A stretch of DNA of 64,000 nt from assembly GCF_018977255.1 (NCBI RefSeq), contig NW_024704761.1, positions 7,812,001-7,876,000 on the forward strand, written 5' to 3'. Below, piece after piece: positions 25,521 to 38,599 of the stretch (positions are counted from its first letter, which is position 1; each line of letters starts with the position of its first letter). The position numbers were made by a program, and so were the translations under genes. Source of the stretch: Callorhinchus milii. Taxonomy: Eukaryota. The notes under the pieces are model-generated. The model was not told where the DNA came from and made no database searches. It saw nothing but the letters and a program-made list of their open reading frames with translations.

Positions 25521-27424
25521 ACCTGAGAGAAAACTGGCTGAGGAGCAGAACATACTGGAGCAGAAGCATGTGGGTAGAGAGGCATTTTGTCTCTGTTTCG
25601 TGCAATAAACGATTTTCTTCCTCGTCGCTAGCAAAACATTGATGGGTATGTAGACCACAACGTCAGTTCAGATAGAGAAGAACCCTTTGGTCCATCTAAT
25701 CTCATCTCTCTGGAACACCCACCCCACCATCAAGTTGCGTTTATTTAAAAAAATGAGTCCAACCTCCTGGCCTCAGCCACCCTTCCTGGTGTCCTGTTAC
25801 TTAATTACCCTCTGCCCTTAACGCTCCTGTTGTCCGTCCTGAAATCCCTTTGAACGCCTAAACCTACGACTTTTCTTCCCGTCTCGATATGTCCCAAAGT
25901 ATTATTCTGGGCTTATTTTTCAATCACGCTTAAATTATGGCGTACTACAGATTTAGTGTACAGACGTGAAGGCTTGCTACTTCCTTAAAGTTCAGATGTT
26001 CTTACATTAGCTGGGCCAGAAGTTTCTAGCCAGCTCTAAGCCTCGATGCGCTCTTGTACTTCTGTGCCTGATATTTGTCTTGATCTTCCTGGTCATCATT
26101 ACTCATTTAAGAAATGCAGCAGATTCCAAAGAAGATGCTGCATTGGTTAGCAACGATGAGGCTACACACACAGCTGGCATGTTATACGTAACATCTTAGG
26201 GCATTTTTAATTACTTACCTCAGGAACACAGGAACGTACATGAACAGAAAAGGTGATTCCTGATTCACTTGGTCTTTTTTTGTGTCAAATATGCTCTGGT
26301 CTGTCTGTTATACACTTTGATCGATTTTATCATCAATTGAAATCTGTGTATACTTTACAGCCCCAGGTATGACCCCGAAACAATTCATTTAAATGTATTT
26401 ACATACGACTTATTAATTTCTTGAGGGGAATTCCACCGCAGCTTTCTTTCAATTACACAAGTCATTTGAAGGAACAGAGAGCAAAGGGGGACTACTGACG
26501 TGGAATCTGTGGCATTTTGTAACAAATTCCTTGATAATTATGCAGGATTTTACAAACCATCTATATAGCGTGCAGGTCAGGTTGGATTTAAATAAGCAGA
26601 AAGAATGTCTTTGGACATAGTAAGTCATATGCAAAGCTTATACTGGAGTTTCTGGAAGTAACCTATTTTTATGATTAATATTATTAACAATAAATCCTTG
26701 CAATTTGATATAGTTCCTTTCATGTCGGGAGGACGTATCAAAGCACTTTACAGGACGCATGGTAAAGTGTAGTGACTGTGTCTTTTGATTTGGAGAATAT
26801 TGTTTTTTGATGGGTTAAACACCCTCTAACTCGCTCAGCGACAGTGTTTTGAAAGGGCAGCAAACTCGTGCATCAACCTCAGCGTCTTTGTTAATTTCTC
26901 TATCAGCGCTAACTCCCTCACCAGCACTCATCTCCACATCTGCAGGATCCACTACATAGGCACGAACTCATGCAGACAGACTCACCCTGCTACACCACAG
27001 GCAGCACGCAGCAGGCGCGCTGCACCTCGGGCTCCACAAAGGAGTTCGCTGGAGTTTGAATAAAATGTGCAAAGCCATTCACTGGGTCCAATCATTCCAC
27101 GTCTGTCAGAGCTTTATTGCACAAAAATACAGATAGCATTAGTCCCCAACAAGAATGCAACTTGTATCAGTCAATGGAACATCGGGCACCAGAATGATTC
27201 CTTTTTTTCATTGCGGTACGAGGTAGAGGTAGAGGTAGAGGAAGAATATGACAATGCCTGTTAATGCAGCAGTCATAGAATAAACTGTGTCACTGAGTGG
27301 TGAAACGAGGATTCACACCGGGGAGTTGGGGAGGAGGGGGGTGGGGGGGAGGTGCCAAGAAAACGCCAGCCACATCTAACAGGATATAATAAAACTAATC
27401 ATCCAACTTACTTGCTCCTTACCT

Positions 27425-27762
27425 CTGTGTCTTGCTAAACCCATATCAACCTGTCCGCTCCCTCCACTCAGCAGACTCCAACCTGTTCCACGTGCCCCTC
27501 CTGGCCCACCACACCATTGGCGGGCAGGTCTTCAGCTTCTCTGCCCCCATACTTTGAAACTCTATCCCACAGTCCCTTCGCTTTGCTCCCTGCCTTGCCT
27601 CCTTCAAGGCATGTCTCGAGATCCTTCTCTTCGAACACCCCCCTAGCCTCCCTTCCCTCCTGATCCCAACTCCCTGCTCAGGTCCAAATCCCTGACAGTC
27701 CAGCGCCTTCGGACAATCTCCCGACGTGAAAGGCGCTATACAAATGTAATTTGTTGTTGTTA
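27425..27762 (+). mobile_element. L2 LINE 3' end
   Basis: Relic of RSL.S / GG..FS..AP / FKA.L..LLF plus the tail CAGCGCCTT...GACGTGAAAGGCGCTATACAAATGTAATTTGTTGTTGTT. Confidence 0.9.
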
Positions 27763-28880
27763 CATCTGATACAGTGACATCTCATAGCGCTTAAAAGGAC
27801 ATACTGTATAGTGACAGTGTGTTGCGTGGGCAAACATGGGAGCCAAGTATTGAAAATCTAAAGACAAAACCAGAGCCAATTTTGGAAGAGTCACTCCTGT
27901 CCAATAAAACAGGTTTGCAAATGCTAGGTAGCAGGTTATCTATATTAATCTTTAAACCTAAATCACGAAATAGAGAGGGATTTGTTTTTTGTAAGAAATC
28001 ATCCGTGCATTTGACAAAGTGCTTTTCACGTCGGGAGGACGTCTCAAAGCGCTTCGCAGGATATACGATAAAGTGCAGTGATTAACTTTGCAGGCGAACG
28101 AGGCAACCAATTCACGCATAGCAACAAACATCCCACTAACAGCTGCCTAGTGCCTGAAGGAAGTGGGAAGGAAACAAAGTTAAAATGCGGAAAAGAAAGT
28201 TACAACATAAATACGCTGACAACGAAGGGAAGGTCCCATTTTCACCAAACTACTTTGTGGGTTACATATTTGCTGCAAATGGAGCAAAGGGCTTCTTAAG
28301 GTTTTCGGTGTTGAATTCCTTCCTCCTCAGCACTATGGCATCATTCTGGCACGGAGAAAAGTTTTAATGAGGGAAGAATATTAATTCAGCTGCGCTAACC
28401 TCTGCACTGTGCCTCGCAATAATAAAGCACTTCTTTTAGTGCCACGGCGCTACAAATTATGCTTAGCAGGAGCTCTGACATAAAGGCAAAAAAAAAAAAA
28501 AATTTAGATCCTGCAGTTTACAGCAGAGCAGAGGAGGCTGCTCCGCAAATTTAAGGGGCAGGGCTGTTAAAGTTGATATCTGCAGCAGACTGCCTGATAC
28601 TGATTAATAGGTGATTACAGTGGCCACATAATCACTTTGTTTCAACCACTCTGACTGCTGAAGACTAACGCCTGGATTTTCAAGCAGGCGGGATTTTCAC
28701 AGAACAAGAACGTAGCTGGATCGAGAGGGCATGGAAACCCAATTGGCCTAGTTTTCTGCCCCCCCGAAAATCTTGGTCGCACGCTCCTCCTCCCACCCCG
28801 TTCCTTTCTCACTCGAGTTTGTTTCCATTCGTGTACTCGCTATACATATGCTGCTGCAAAAGTGTACAACGCTTAAATAC

Positions 28881-29175
28881 AGCAACAACAACTTACATGT
28901 GTACAGGGCCTTTCACGTCAGGAGGACGTCCCAAAACACTGGACAGTCAAGGATCCGCACCCGACCTGGTGGTTGGGATCAGGAGGGGTGGAGGGAGGGT
29001 AGGGGTAGGAGGGTGACCGAAAGCACAGTTGAAGAGGTGGGGGTCTTGAGACGAGTCTTGAAGGAGGCGAGGAGGAGGGACTGTGGGATGGAGTTCCAGA
29101 GGGTGGGGGCAGAGAGGCTGAAGACCCGCCCGCCAATGGTGGGGTGAGCAAGGCGGGGGACGTGAAGCAGGCAAG
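28881..29175 (-). mobile_element. L2 LINE 3' end
   Basis: Reverse complement of the same family as 27425-27762 and 16578-17084. Confidence 0.9.
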
Positions 29176-29984
29176 TGGACGTGTGATTACGTGAGCCTCA
29201 CCTTGACACAAACTTGATTTGGACAAACATTCACGTAGGCAGAAGCGGTTACCCAAACGGGTTAAATTGTGCAGCAAACATTGTGAAGATCTGCGAGATG
29301 GACAGGCTTACAGAAACAGTAATCACAACTGCGCGACTTTGTGTCTTTATTCTAAATTGCTTCAGACTTAATGATATACAACAATAACTCCTAAATCCAT
29401 ACAAATAAGTTGCACAGTCTTTCTATGCCCAATAATTTCCCACTGTTATCAACTTATTCAATATCGAGGCTTCCCCCCAACCCTCTCTCTCTTTCTCCGT
29501 CTCTCTCTGTCAGAGTTAGACGATTGTAAAACGTTCTGGTGAATAATGTCTCCTGTGCTGTCCTGCAAAGCCATTACGGCCAGAATGACAGGAGGATTAG
29601 TCTGAGGGAGCCTGATAAGTACAGAACCCATTTCTCCCCCAGAAATTAATTTTACTTTTCTCTTTTTTTTTTAAATTGCCTATTAAACATCATGCTGCTA
29701 CGTGGTCAGATGCAAGTTCCTTATAGGACAGGACAGACCTTTTCTGATACATTCGGAAAATCTCCCCACCGCCCTGCCTACACTTTGTGCAGTTCGTGCA
29801 CAATAGAAATCCCATTATAAAGGGAAAGAATGGTGTTTTAGTGCTCTGTATTTGCTGGATCCCACTCCTCCATGGGCTCGCCCTCCTCAATTTCCGCCAC
29901 CTCCTTCAACACTACTGATCAGGCTGATCACTCTGCTCACCAAACACTTTGTGTCCCTTCCCCTGTCCACCATACTTCCGGCAG

Positions 29985-30245
29985 CCATTTTGCCCCTGTC
30001 TTCTGAAAAATCCATCCCGAGACCCTCCAACTTGCTCCCTCCGTCCCTTCACTCAAGGTCCATCTCAAGACGCATCTCTTTCACCTCGATTTCAGTCACT
30101 TTTCCTTTACCCAGCCACTCATGTCCCTCACCCCATGCTTGGATTCCAGCAAGTAGTGTCAAGTGTTTTGATGCAAATAGTACAGCCACTTTTCTCTTTT
30201 TGAGACGTCCTCCTGATGTGAAAGGCGCTGTGTAAATGTAAATGA
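29985..30245 (+). mobile_element. L2 LINE 3' end, degraded
   Basis: CTCAAGGTCCATCTCAAGACGCATCTCTTT and tail GAGACGTCCTCCTGATGTGAAAGGCGCTG. Confidence 0.75.
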
Positions 30246-32564
30246 TATTGAACCTTTTGCGGCAACTGCAAAACAAATTTAGAACTGTGGCTTGTAGTGT
30301 GGCTGTCACCCATTCAACATAAGAAATGCTAGACGATAAAAGGCCAAAGTCCATCTTGTTCGCCTTCCAGGCCGTCGCATTCATATATGCCCCAAACTAC
30401 CTAAGTACTATATCCCATAATGTTATTTCCTAAAAGAAAACTATCTAATCTGTGTATGAGAACTTATCCATTGGAAACTGTGCTGTTTCCAGTGCGACAC
30501 CCAGTCTTGGTTTCAGTTACCAGCACGTGTCAGAACCAATAGTGATCAATACTAGTCACAATTAACCAATCCAAAATTGTAACCAAGCTCAAATCAACAC
30601 ATAAATGTTTAAAGCACTTAAACAGAATAGCATAGAGGAGTCATTAAATATGCTTAATTATAGCATGGGCTTTAGATAATGCAATAGTAAATTTAGGTTT
30701 ATATTATCTCGGGGCAGAAGGTGGATGACGAGGTCAGTGGAGTAATGTTCAATTTGTGTTTGATTCAGATTTTCTCCGCCTTAAGTCTTGAGCACTGAGG
30801 GAGCCCAGACAACGAGGGTGAAGGTCCCCCTCACTCTAATAGCCAATGGGTTAGCAGCTGGTAAGAACACAATCTTGCTGAGAACTGATCAGGTTAAGTC
30901 CAGAAGGTTTGAAGGTTCTCTCTGACTCGGGGTTGGGTTGCAGCGAGTTGTAATGTGATCTTTTCTACGCCCAGACCCGAGTTCATGTCGAGTTCACCTG
31001 GGCTGAACCCTTCCCTGATGGGGAGCTGAGCAGCGCTCACTGTCTGATAGGCTTTCGAGTTCAGCCTTTGCGGAAGGGAATCAACATTTTAGGGCATTGA
31101 TGTGAAGTGCGTTGGACGCGCTCCGCATTCAGTTCTCAGACTCAGATAGCATTAAGCTATCTTCATGCTTCACGAAACTAAAAAATGCAAAGCAATGGTG
31201 CTCGATGCCGAAAAGATTATTGCTGATGGAATATTATGGAGAATATTAGGATGAACCAAAACAATCTTCGATATCAGCAACACATTTATTAGGGTCAGTG
31301 CATTAAGCGCTCACTGTATCTGCCCATCTATTCCATAATTGTTTAATTGACTGTTGACCACCACAGTGGTTATCGATTGATAAAATGAATTATCTTTGCT
31401 TCCTCATAGACAGCCTGAGTCTCAGGCCCCACTCCCTACAGAGATGCACTTTCACTGAATTTGTGTCACAACTTGCCCTCGGCACGCAGCTCGGCTCCAT
31501 TCAGCAAGCCGGGGTCAGGGGAAGGTTCAAGACTGTTTTGTCTATTTAATTATTTAAATTCCTTCAGATGGCTAATCTTGAATTTAAGACAAAAGGTGGA
31601 TTGAAGTAGGACGCCCCTCAAGAAACCGGCTGCAAATAATATAGCCGCTTTTTTCTTTAGAACCAACAATTTTGCAACCAAGATTTGCTCTCCCGGAGAG
31701 GTCACCTTACAGAATTACGGGTTGATCCAAACCTCGTGTCATCTCGGGATGGGCAACCTGTAAGTCACGGCAGTATGATTTAACAAAGAAAATGCGAGCG
31801 AGAGCGTGGGAGTTGAAGGCAAGTCCACACTCTGGTCCGTTTTGGTCACCCTAGCCGTGCTTTCTCACGATCTTTTATTCCCGTTTTAAGAAGGAATTTC
31901 AGACGGAGGAAACTGAGTACAGGAACAGGGCACACATGGTCTTGGCTGGACTGATACTTGGGGATTGGTATCATGCTTCCCCTTTATATGCGTTTGTTTC
32001 TGGAGTTAACTCCTTATCACTTCGGTGAATTCGGTACAGATGGGTGGAATTGAAACATGACCACAGGAGAGGGTAGGAATCGGGTCACTTGTTAATCTCT
32101 CATCAGCTGTATTTGTACATGAGTGGGATAGTTACTCTGGGATTGGCACTCCTCAGAGCCCACAGAAAGTGATCTGGGCATTAACTATCGATGCGATTCA
32201 CATGATGGGGCAATTGTTTTCCTTTCACAGCTTTGTGAGCCAAGTGATTGCTTGTTGGAGGAACAGGACAAGGACATTCAGCCCCTCGAGCCTGTTCCGC
32301 CATTCTATTAGATGATGGCTGATCTTATAAGGAAAAAGACTTCACAGTGACAGGCACCGACCATTGATACCACACAATCAAAATGCGGAAACATGACAGA
32401 ATGTTCACTGAAATGAACAGTTTTTTATCCCGTGGCTTTTCATTAAAGTAACTTTACAATATGGACGAGGAGGAATGATAACGGGTTCAGAACGCTGGGA
32501 TATTGGGTCGATTGCTTGGCCAATTTAACAATATTTCAGAGCTAGCTAGTGTTTATACTGATAC

Positions 32565-32965
32565 TTCAATGCAGTGCTAAGGGAGTGCTGCATTGTCAGA
32601 AGTGCCATCCTTTGGGTGAGAAGTTAAACCAAGGTCTCGTTTGCTTCTTCTGGTGGACATTAAAGAGCCCATGGCAAGACTCAAAAAGAGAAGGAAGTTT
32701 TTCCTGAGGCAACAATCCCCCAAATAATAAGTTTCCTTATTCCACATGCCTGATGACAATCCCTCAAGAAAAAAAAACAATAATATATTGGTCACTTCAA
32801 TCCACGACTGTTTGTGGGACACTGCTGTGCGCAATTGGCTGCTGCATTTCGCCCACAAAGATACAGTCAGTTCACTTTACAGTACATTCTGTGAAGCACT
32901 TTGAGACGTCTAGAAGATGTGAAAAGCGGTATATGAAATGCAAGGATTATTATTATTATTATTAT
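32565..32965 (+). mobile_element. Chimeric or nested SINE: family B body joined to a headless short-form family A
   Basis: Deu motifs at 32575-32720 are followed by AAGTTTCCTTATTCCACATGCCTGATGACAATCCC and a complete family A 3' half. Confidence 0.85.
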
Positions 32966-34639
32966 ACTTTAATTGCACTGCAACAAATCGGCACAGTGTT
33001 CGCTTTCCTTAATATTTCAAGGATAGGACATTCAAGGGAAAAACCTTTACTGTCGGGAAGTTGAAACGGTGATCTATGTTCACCATACTTTCTGGTCTAG
33101 GGGATAATTAGTTGGTAAAAAAAATTGACTATGAAAAATGTTTCCATTACCACTTATGATGTTACAAGCCGGTCATTAGCAAATAAGATTAAGCAAAAGA
33201 AAATCAAAACCCGAATTGAATGTGAAATCTTTCCGATGCAAAGACTGCTTTCATTTGGGGGAAAGGAAAAACTGGTTACATTTAATACTCAAAGTGTTAA
33301 ATCCGCACCATTAAATTATTCATTTAAAGTACGAGTAAAATCTAACAGCGAGGTACAGCCCTGGCCTGCCAGCAAGAGTCACCATTTTGTAAATTAAAAA
33401 GTTATAAACTTTGCCGTCTTCATTGGCAGCAAAATGCGACGTTTCGCCTGCAAGGAAGGTTAGGCTTAATTACTTAGAGGGTCATCGCCAATAGTGGGTG
33501 GTCTCTTGAGAGGGAACAGCATTCAGTGATAACCACAAACCACCTGCATTGTGAAGCCAATGCAGACAGGGACTCGTGGGGCTCCTCTGTCTTGCAAAGT
33601 GGTATCTGTGGCATGACCATTATTCCTTAATTTTTAGTTTTTATTAATGCCAGAATTGTGCAATCAATAATGCAATGGCGCCATCACACACCAATGACAA
33701 GGTTGTGGGAGTTGGCCCTGTTTAATACTCTGGTTATGAATTATTAATTTATTTCTTTCACTAGATTCCAGAATGTTGCACAATCTTTTTTTAAATATAT
33801 ATATATAATATATATAAAAAGATATTCATTTCCTCCCTTCCTCGTAGATTCACTGTATGGTGATGCTCTCAGGCAGGAGTATCAGTGGAATTTAAGCATT
33901 AGTCTTTTAATCTCATTCAGTGGCAGCACACTCACATATTATCCATATTGGTGACCCTGCTTTCAGCACAGGAGGTAAATTAAAACCTGAATACATTATC
34001 CAATATATATATATACACACACAGTATTTGGGGAAAATGGGGGTAAATGGCTGTGGTTGCCCGCAAGTTGAATATCTAACCTTACATTTGCCATTGGATT
34101 ACACACAGACCTGCAATTCCTAGAGCTCCCACTGTTGTGGAACCTGCTCCATTGTGTGGTGCAGCCCACGTCTGACAACAACATGAGAGTCCATGTGTGC
34201 AGGTTATTGGTAAGTAGTGAATGGGTGTACTATTGTCCGGGGGAAGGTCTGTTCCAGTGCCACATATGTGAAGACTACACTGTTTGCCTGGGCAAGTAGA
34301 CAGTGGGCTCAATACACCAGAAAATTTGAAAGAAGCTTCCTATCAACCATTAACAACAACATTGCCTCCTTTGGAGGAGCCCTGAAAACTTCTATAATCA
34401 TTGGGAAATATAGACTGGCCTCTTCTTCTAAATTCTCTCGTGATAGGAAGTCTGGGATACTATTTGGCCTCAACATCAAATGCTTAGTCCATTAATGTAA
34501 TGATACAATATGCTGCAATTTCCCCAATTGTTGCCTCTACTAAAGCCACTTAACAGAGTTAGGGTTCCATATGTGTCAGCAGCCCTCTGTGCCTCACTGG
34601 AACAGCTTCCCTGCAGTATCAGTGGACTGACCATTTGAT

Positions 34640-34862
34640 CTCAGTGCAATTCTGTCCTCATCCACACACTTACCTTCCAGCGAGGATCACTTATTAGTAA
34701 TCAGGAGCTGGAGCCCTGGTCAATTTTCCCATCTCCAGTTTGACGCGGGTGGGGTGAAAATACTAGGCCTTGTATAGAGGTAGCACTCCAAGCCCATGTG
34801 AAACAGCGAGCTCAACACAAGAGCAGGGATGAAAACTGGGTCTGTCTGGTCAGTCTCACATC
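34640..34862 (-). mobile_element. Ancient tRNA-SINE relic, AmnSINE2-like
   Basis: Ordered motifs TCTGTCCTCATCCACACAC, TTCCAGCGAGGATCACT..TAGTAATCAGGAGCTGGAGCCCTGG..AATTTTCCCC and CTCAACACAAGAGCAGGGATGAAAACTGGG match the recalled reverse-complement consensus. Confidence 0.55.
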
Positions 34863-37155
34863 AGAAAATGTAATTGATTCTTTGTTGGATACTCAGAACA
34901 TTCTGATATTAAGAAAATGCCACATCTCGTTAAAACATTAATTTGATCGGAGATGGGGGTCAGTTTTCAATGGTAGCCTGATACGATTGTCCACTGATTT
35001 GTTTACCTGCTTCGAGGAGAAAGGTAGAGCAGGGTAGCAGAGGGATGGCTTTCGTTTGTATCTTAAAATAATAATAATAACAATTTGCAGAGAAAACTTA
35101 AAATCTTTGATTTTAAATTAAAAGCCTTTAATTGCCCAGCGCATTTCATAACTTGACCGATTAGACATTTATGAATAGCACCTTCCATAATTAATCTTGT
35201 TAAATATTGTAGAATTTGTGCTACAAGCTTGGGTTACATAGAAATTCACCGGGATCCCCTTTGGCTTCGTGGCACGGTGTCAACATGGCAGGATGTCAGC
35301 TTTCCTGCACTGTGGTGAACACCTCACAGACAAAAAACAGTGAGGAAGTCACTAAAGTTCTCTACGAACAGCATACCTTCATGTCCGGGAGAAAAAGTAC
35401 GCGATTTAATCTGTTTTTGATGAAAATCTAATTTGTCTTTCTTTCAAAAAAATGCTTATACTAATCAAAACTACGCTGTGCGTTTCAATTTTAGAAAAAA
35501 AATCTAAAAGGGAAAGGTCTTTAAAAAAGGGATTAAAAAAAATTGCAATCCAAAGCTAGTTAGTTCTCCAACTACAAAATGATTTTCAATCAAAAGAAAG
35601 TGTTTATTTCACCCAGATCCAAACACATTTCAAGGTAATGGACAAGTCATGAAGCCCTTTAAATGAAATCTGACTTTTGGCTCATCTTAAATCCTTTGAA
35701 GACCTCAGTCACATTGTTGATGCAATAAAATCACACAAATGAAAAATGTTCAATGGCTCCATTCATTCAAAGCACAAGCTGTTCAGTTCTATAATTTAAC
35801 TTTATAATATCCATCACTGCTACTCAAGTTATATTCCCTCATATTGCTTGACAGCTTTCTTCATATACAGAGCAGGTTTTGAAAGATACTTATAGAGATA
35901 CTTTCCTAAACGTTCAATGTAATATTTTGGCCTTAGCTTTCATCTCTTCCAGCTCGCTCTTCACAAGGTCTTTTAAAGTGAAGGGAGTGGTGAATGAGGC
36001 AGCTCCAAGTAGAAACTAGTGAGCTGGGGATTGCGGATGCAATGGTGAATAGATTGGGATTTGCTGGGCAGAGCGTTAACAAAGTGGGATTAGCAGTGGG
36101 GTCGTAATGTGTTGAGGGTGGGGAAACCTCTACGGATTGCTGCAGGGAAAGGTGAATGAACTGGAGGCATTCAGACAATGCGAGAGAGAAAGAGAGAGAA
36201 AAGGAGAGTCAGCATTCTTCACAATCGATCTGTCTCTCTTTCAACTCCGCTTGGCATCATTTGAGAATGGTTAGCAGAGAAACGCAGTGCATTAAAAACA
36301 GTGCCCTTTCATTGCTGTCGCCTGGAATCGTACATTAATGAAATAAAGGTCATCTCTGCCAATGGAAATTGGGTGACATAGGATGTTAAAAGGTTATTTT
36401 AAGGAATCCTATTGGACACCAACTGAGATACAGATGATGAAATCTTTTCTCTGTTATGGAGGAACCAGGAGGTTACGATAAGGCCTTTTCACCTCCGAGA
36501 CCAATCAAATTCAGAGAAAATAGACATAGATTTCTACTAAAAAACCTAATGAACTGGGACAACCTAAAACTCTGTATTGGAGGTTCTGGGTTTGAAACAC
36601 TTAGTCCTTCTTCAATAAAATGAGTTACATACTTGAAATAGTTCTGAGGAGATGCATCTGGCAAAGCCAGGTCCATGGAAGTTTAATGCATTATTGATGT
36701 TTCTCCTTCCTGCGCGACAAAGCCCAAATTAAGACAGGGATCCTAGCTGTACACGTATCGCAGTACATACACGTTATGTGGCTTTAGTTGTTTAAGCTTC
36801 AGCAGTTCCCCAACACTCAGTTTAGCATCCCAAAGCCTTGGCTCTTGCCAACCTACTCCTAATACTCTCTGGATTTAGGTAGACATGGTAAGAGAGAGAG
36901 CGAGAGAGTGCACATTCCATTCCAGACACATTTCCACATATTGGTGGAAGTCTAGTTTGGGTATTCTCAAGCACGGTGATGGGTTTCCACATGTGTCGGA
37001 CACACAGCTGACCAAAGAAAAAGTACAAGTGCCTCTTCCAGGTAAGCTGTGTGGTCACAATTAAAAGATTTGCTAAACATCGAGTTTGCAGTAATACTAT
37101 TGTCTGCTTGTGGATAACTCTGTAGATAACTCCTCTAATTCCATATTTTTAGAGG

Positions 37156-37187
<32 letters not shown>
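37156..37187. repeat. (ATCA)8 microsatellite
   Basis: Direct reading of the sequence. Confidence 0.95.
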
Positions 37188-37909
37188 CATTCCTTGCACC
37201 AAAATATTTTTTTAAATAACTTTCTCACATCTAGAGACATTAATTACTGTATTTTCACAGAATTAGCCCAGTCGGACAGGTAGGAAGGGTGGTTTGGATG
37301 ATTTATATTTTCGGATCTGAGGACTTGTAGGCAGCGGCTAACCCGATAAGGTGTACATTATCATGCGCGATCTAAAAATGAACTTCCGTATTATTTTCAA
37401 ACAGAATTTTGTATCAGACTGCGGTAATGACAATAAAGAGAAAACACAAGCCTTTCTTTTGATAACCCGGTTGTCATTATAATGTGTCGTGGTGTACCAC
37501 GGCAGCCCCGTATAACGGGCATCGTTTCTGGTCTCTTGATTAATGAAGGAAATGCACAGTACAACATACCCTTCAATGTAACACTGTTTTCAGATTGCTC
37601 CTGAAGGGAGCATCATAGTGAAGGGTTACTGTATTGATACATGCTCTGCTGTTGCAAATCATTTGTGAAGCAATGGAACAATTGCTTTCTGCTTGACCAA
37701 CAGCCTGAAAGCAGCCATGTGTGCTTTTTATGTGGGAAGAACTGACTGGATAGTATTCTTCAGGTCACAGCAACCCGAATCACACCACAGTATTTAGTGG
37801 CATTGAAATGCTCTGTCAGTCAGGTTTGTGGAAACCACTGAATTTCAAAATCAGTTACTCGAAACATTCAATAAAGTGGACAGACCATCACACATGTCTG
37901 CCGGTCTGG

Positions 37910-38242
37910 CAGGGATGAGCAAACAAGCTTAGTTTTGGTTTGAGTTCGGCTACCTGGACTTGCTTTCAATCCGGAACCCAAACACGAACCATTTAGATTG
38001 GTGAGTCGAAACCAACCGTTACTAGTAAAGTCTCAGCGTTTCAGGATTGGCTGAGTTGAAATGGCGGTTCTCTCATTTTGCCTGAAATCAAGTAGAAATC
38101 GAACTGGTGAAATTTGGCTGGATTCAAGTTGTTTTGGCTTGAGACCACGCTCCTAGTGACTGCACCGCTCGTCACCGCAAGTGGCTGCCAATCTGGGCTT
38201 CGGATTCTGCCAAATCGGAGGCAGCTTCAGTCTGCATCGCTA
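37910..38242. mobile_element. Possible decayed non-autonomous hAT-like DNA transposon
   Basis: Ends CAGGGATGAGC... and ...TGCATCGCTA resemble TAGGGATG-type TIRs, with internal TTCGG/CGAAC subterminal words. No 8-bp TSD is visible. Confidence 0.35.
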
Positions 38243-38599
38243 ACTATATATTTTTTTTTCATTTATTATTTTTTTTAAAAAAAGGAAGTGTTTGGTAACG
38301 GAGACTGTGTCTCAAACGTGAATATCCTGTGTGATAAATTGATCACATTTTTCTCCTTTACCTCCCACAGCTGAAAGCTGTCAGTCTGTGTTAGTATATT
38401 ACATGTTTCAGTGCTTCGGTAATCATTCCTCCTTCTATCCCTCCATCTCCACTCCATGCATATTTAAGCAGGCTTCACATCCAGAAAAACACATGCACTT
38501 CTGTTGCGTGAACTACACTGCTGAGAGCAACTCAGAGCAATTCACAATATTTTAAATCATTCGCTTTGTGCATTCACACAATATGAGCTCCTACTCCAG

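Noticed and set aside
38455-38496. TGCATG RBFOX-binding motifs on the minus strand as an autoregulatory cluster
   Set aside because: Only two hexamers, not next to a supported exon, and compatible with chance.
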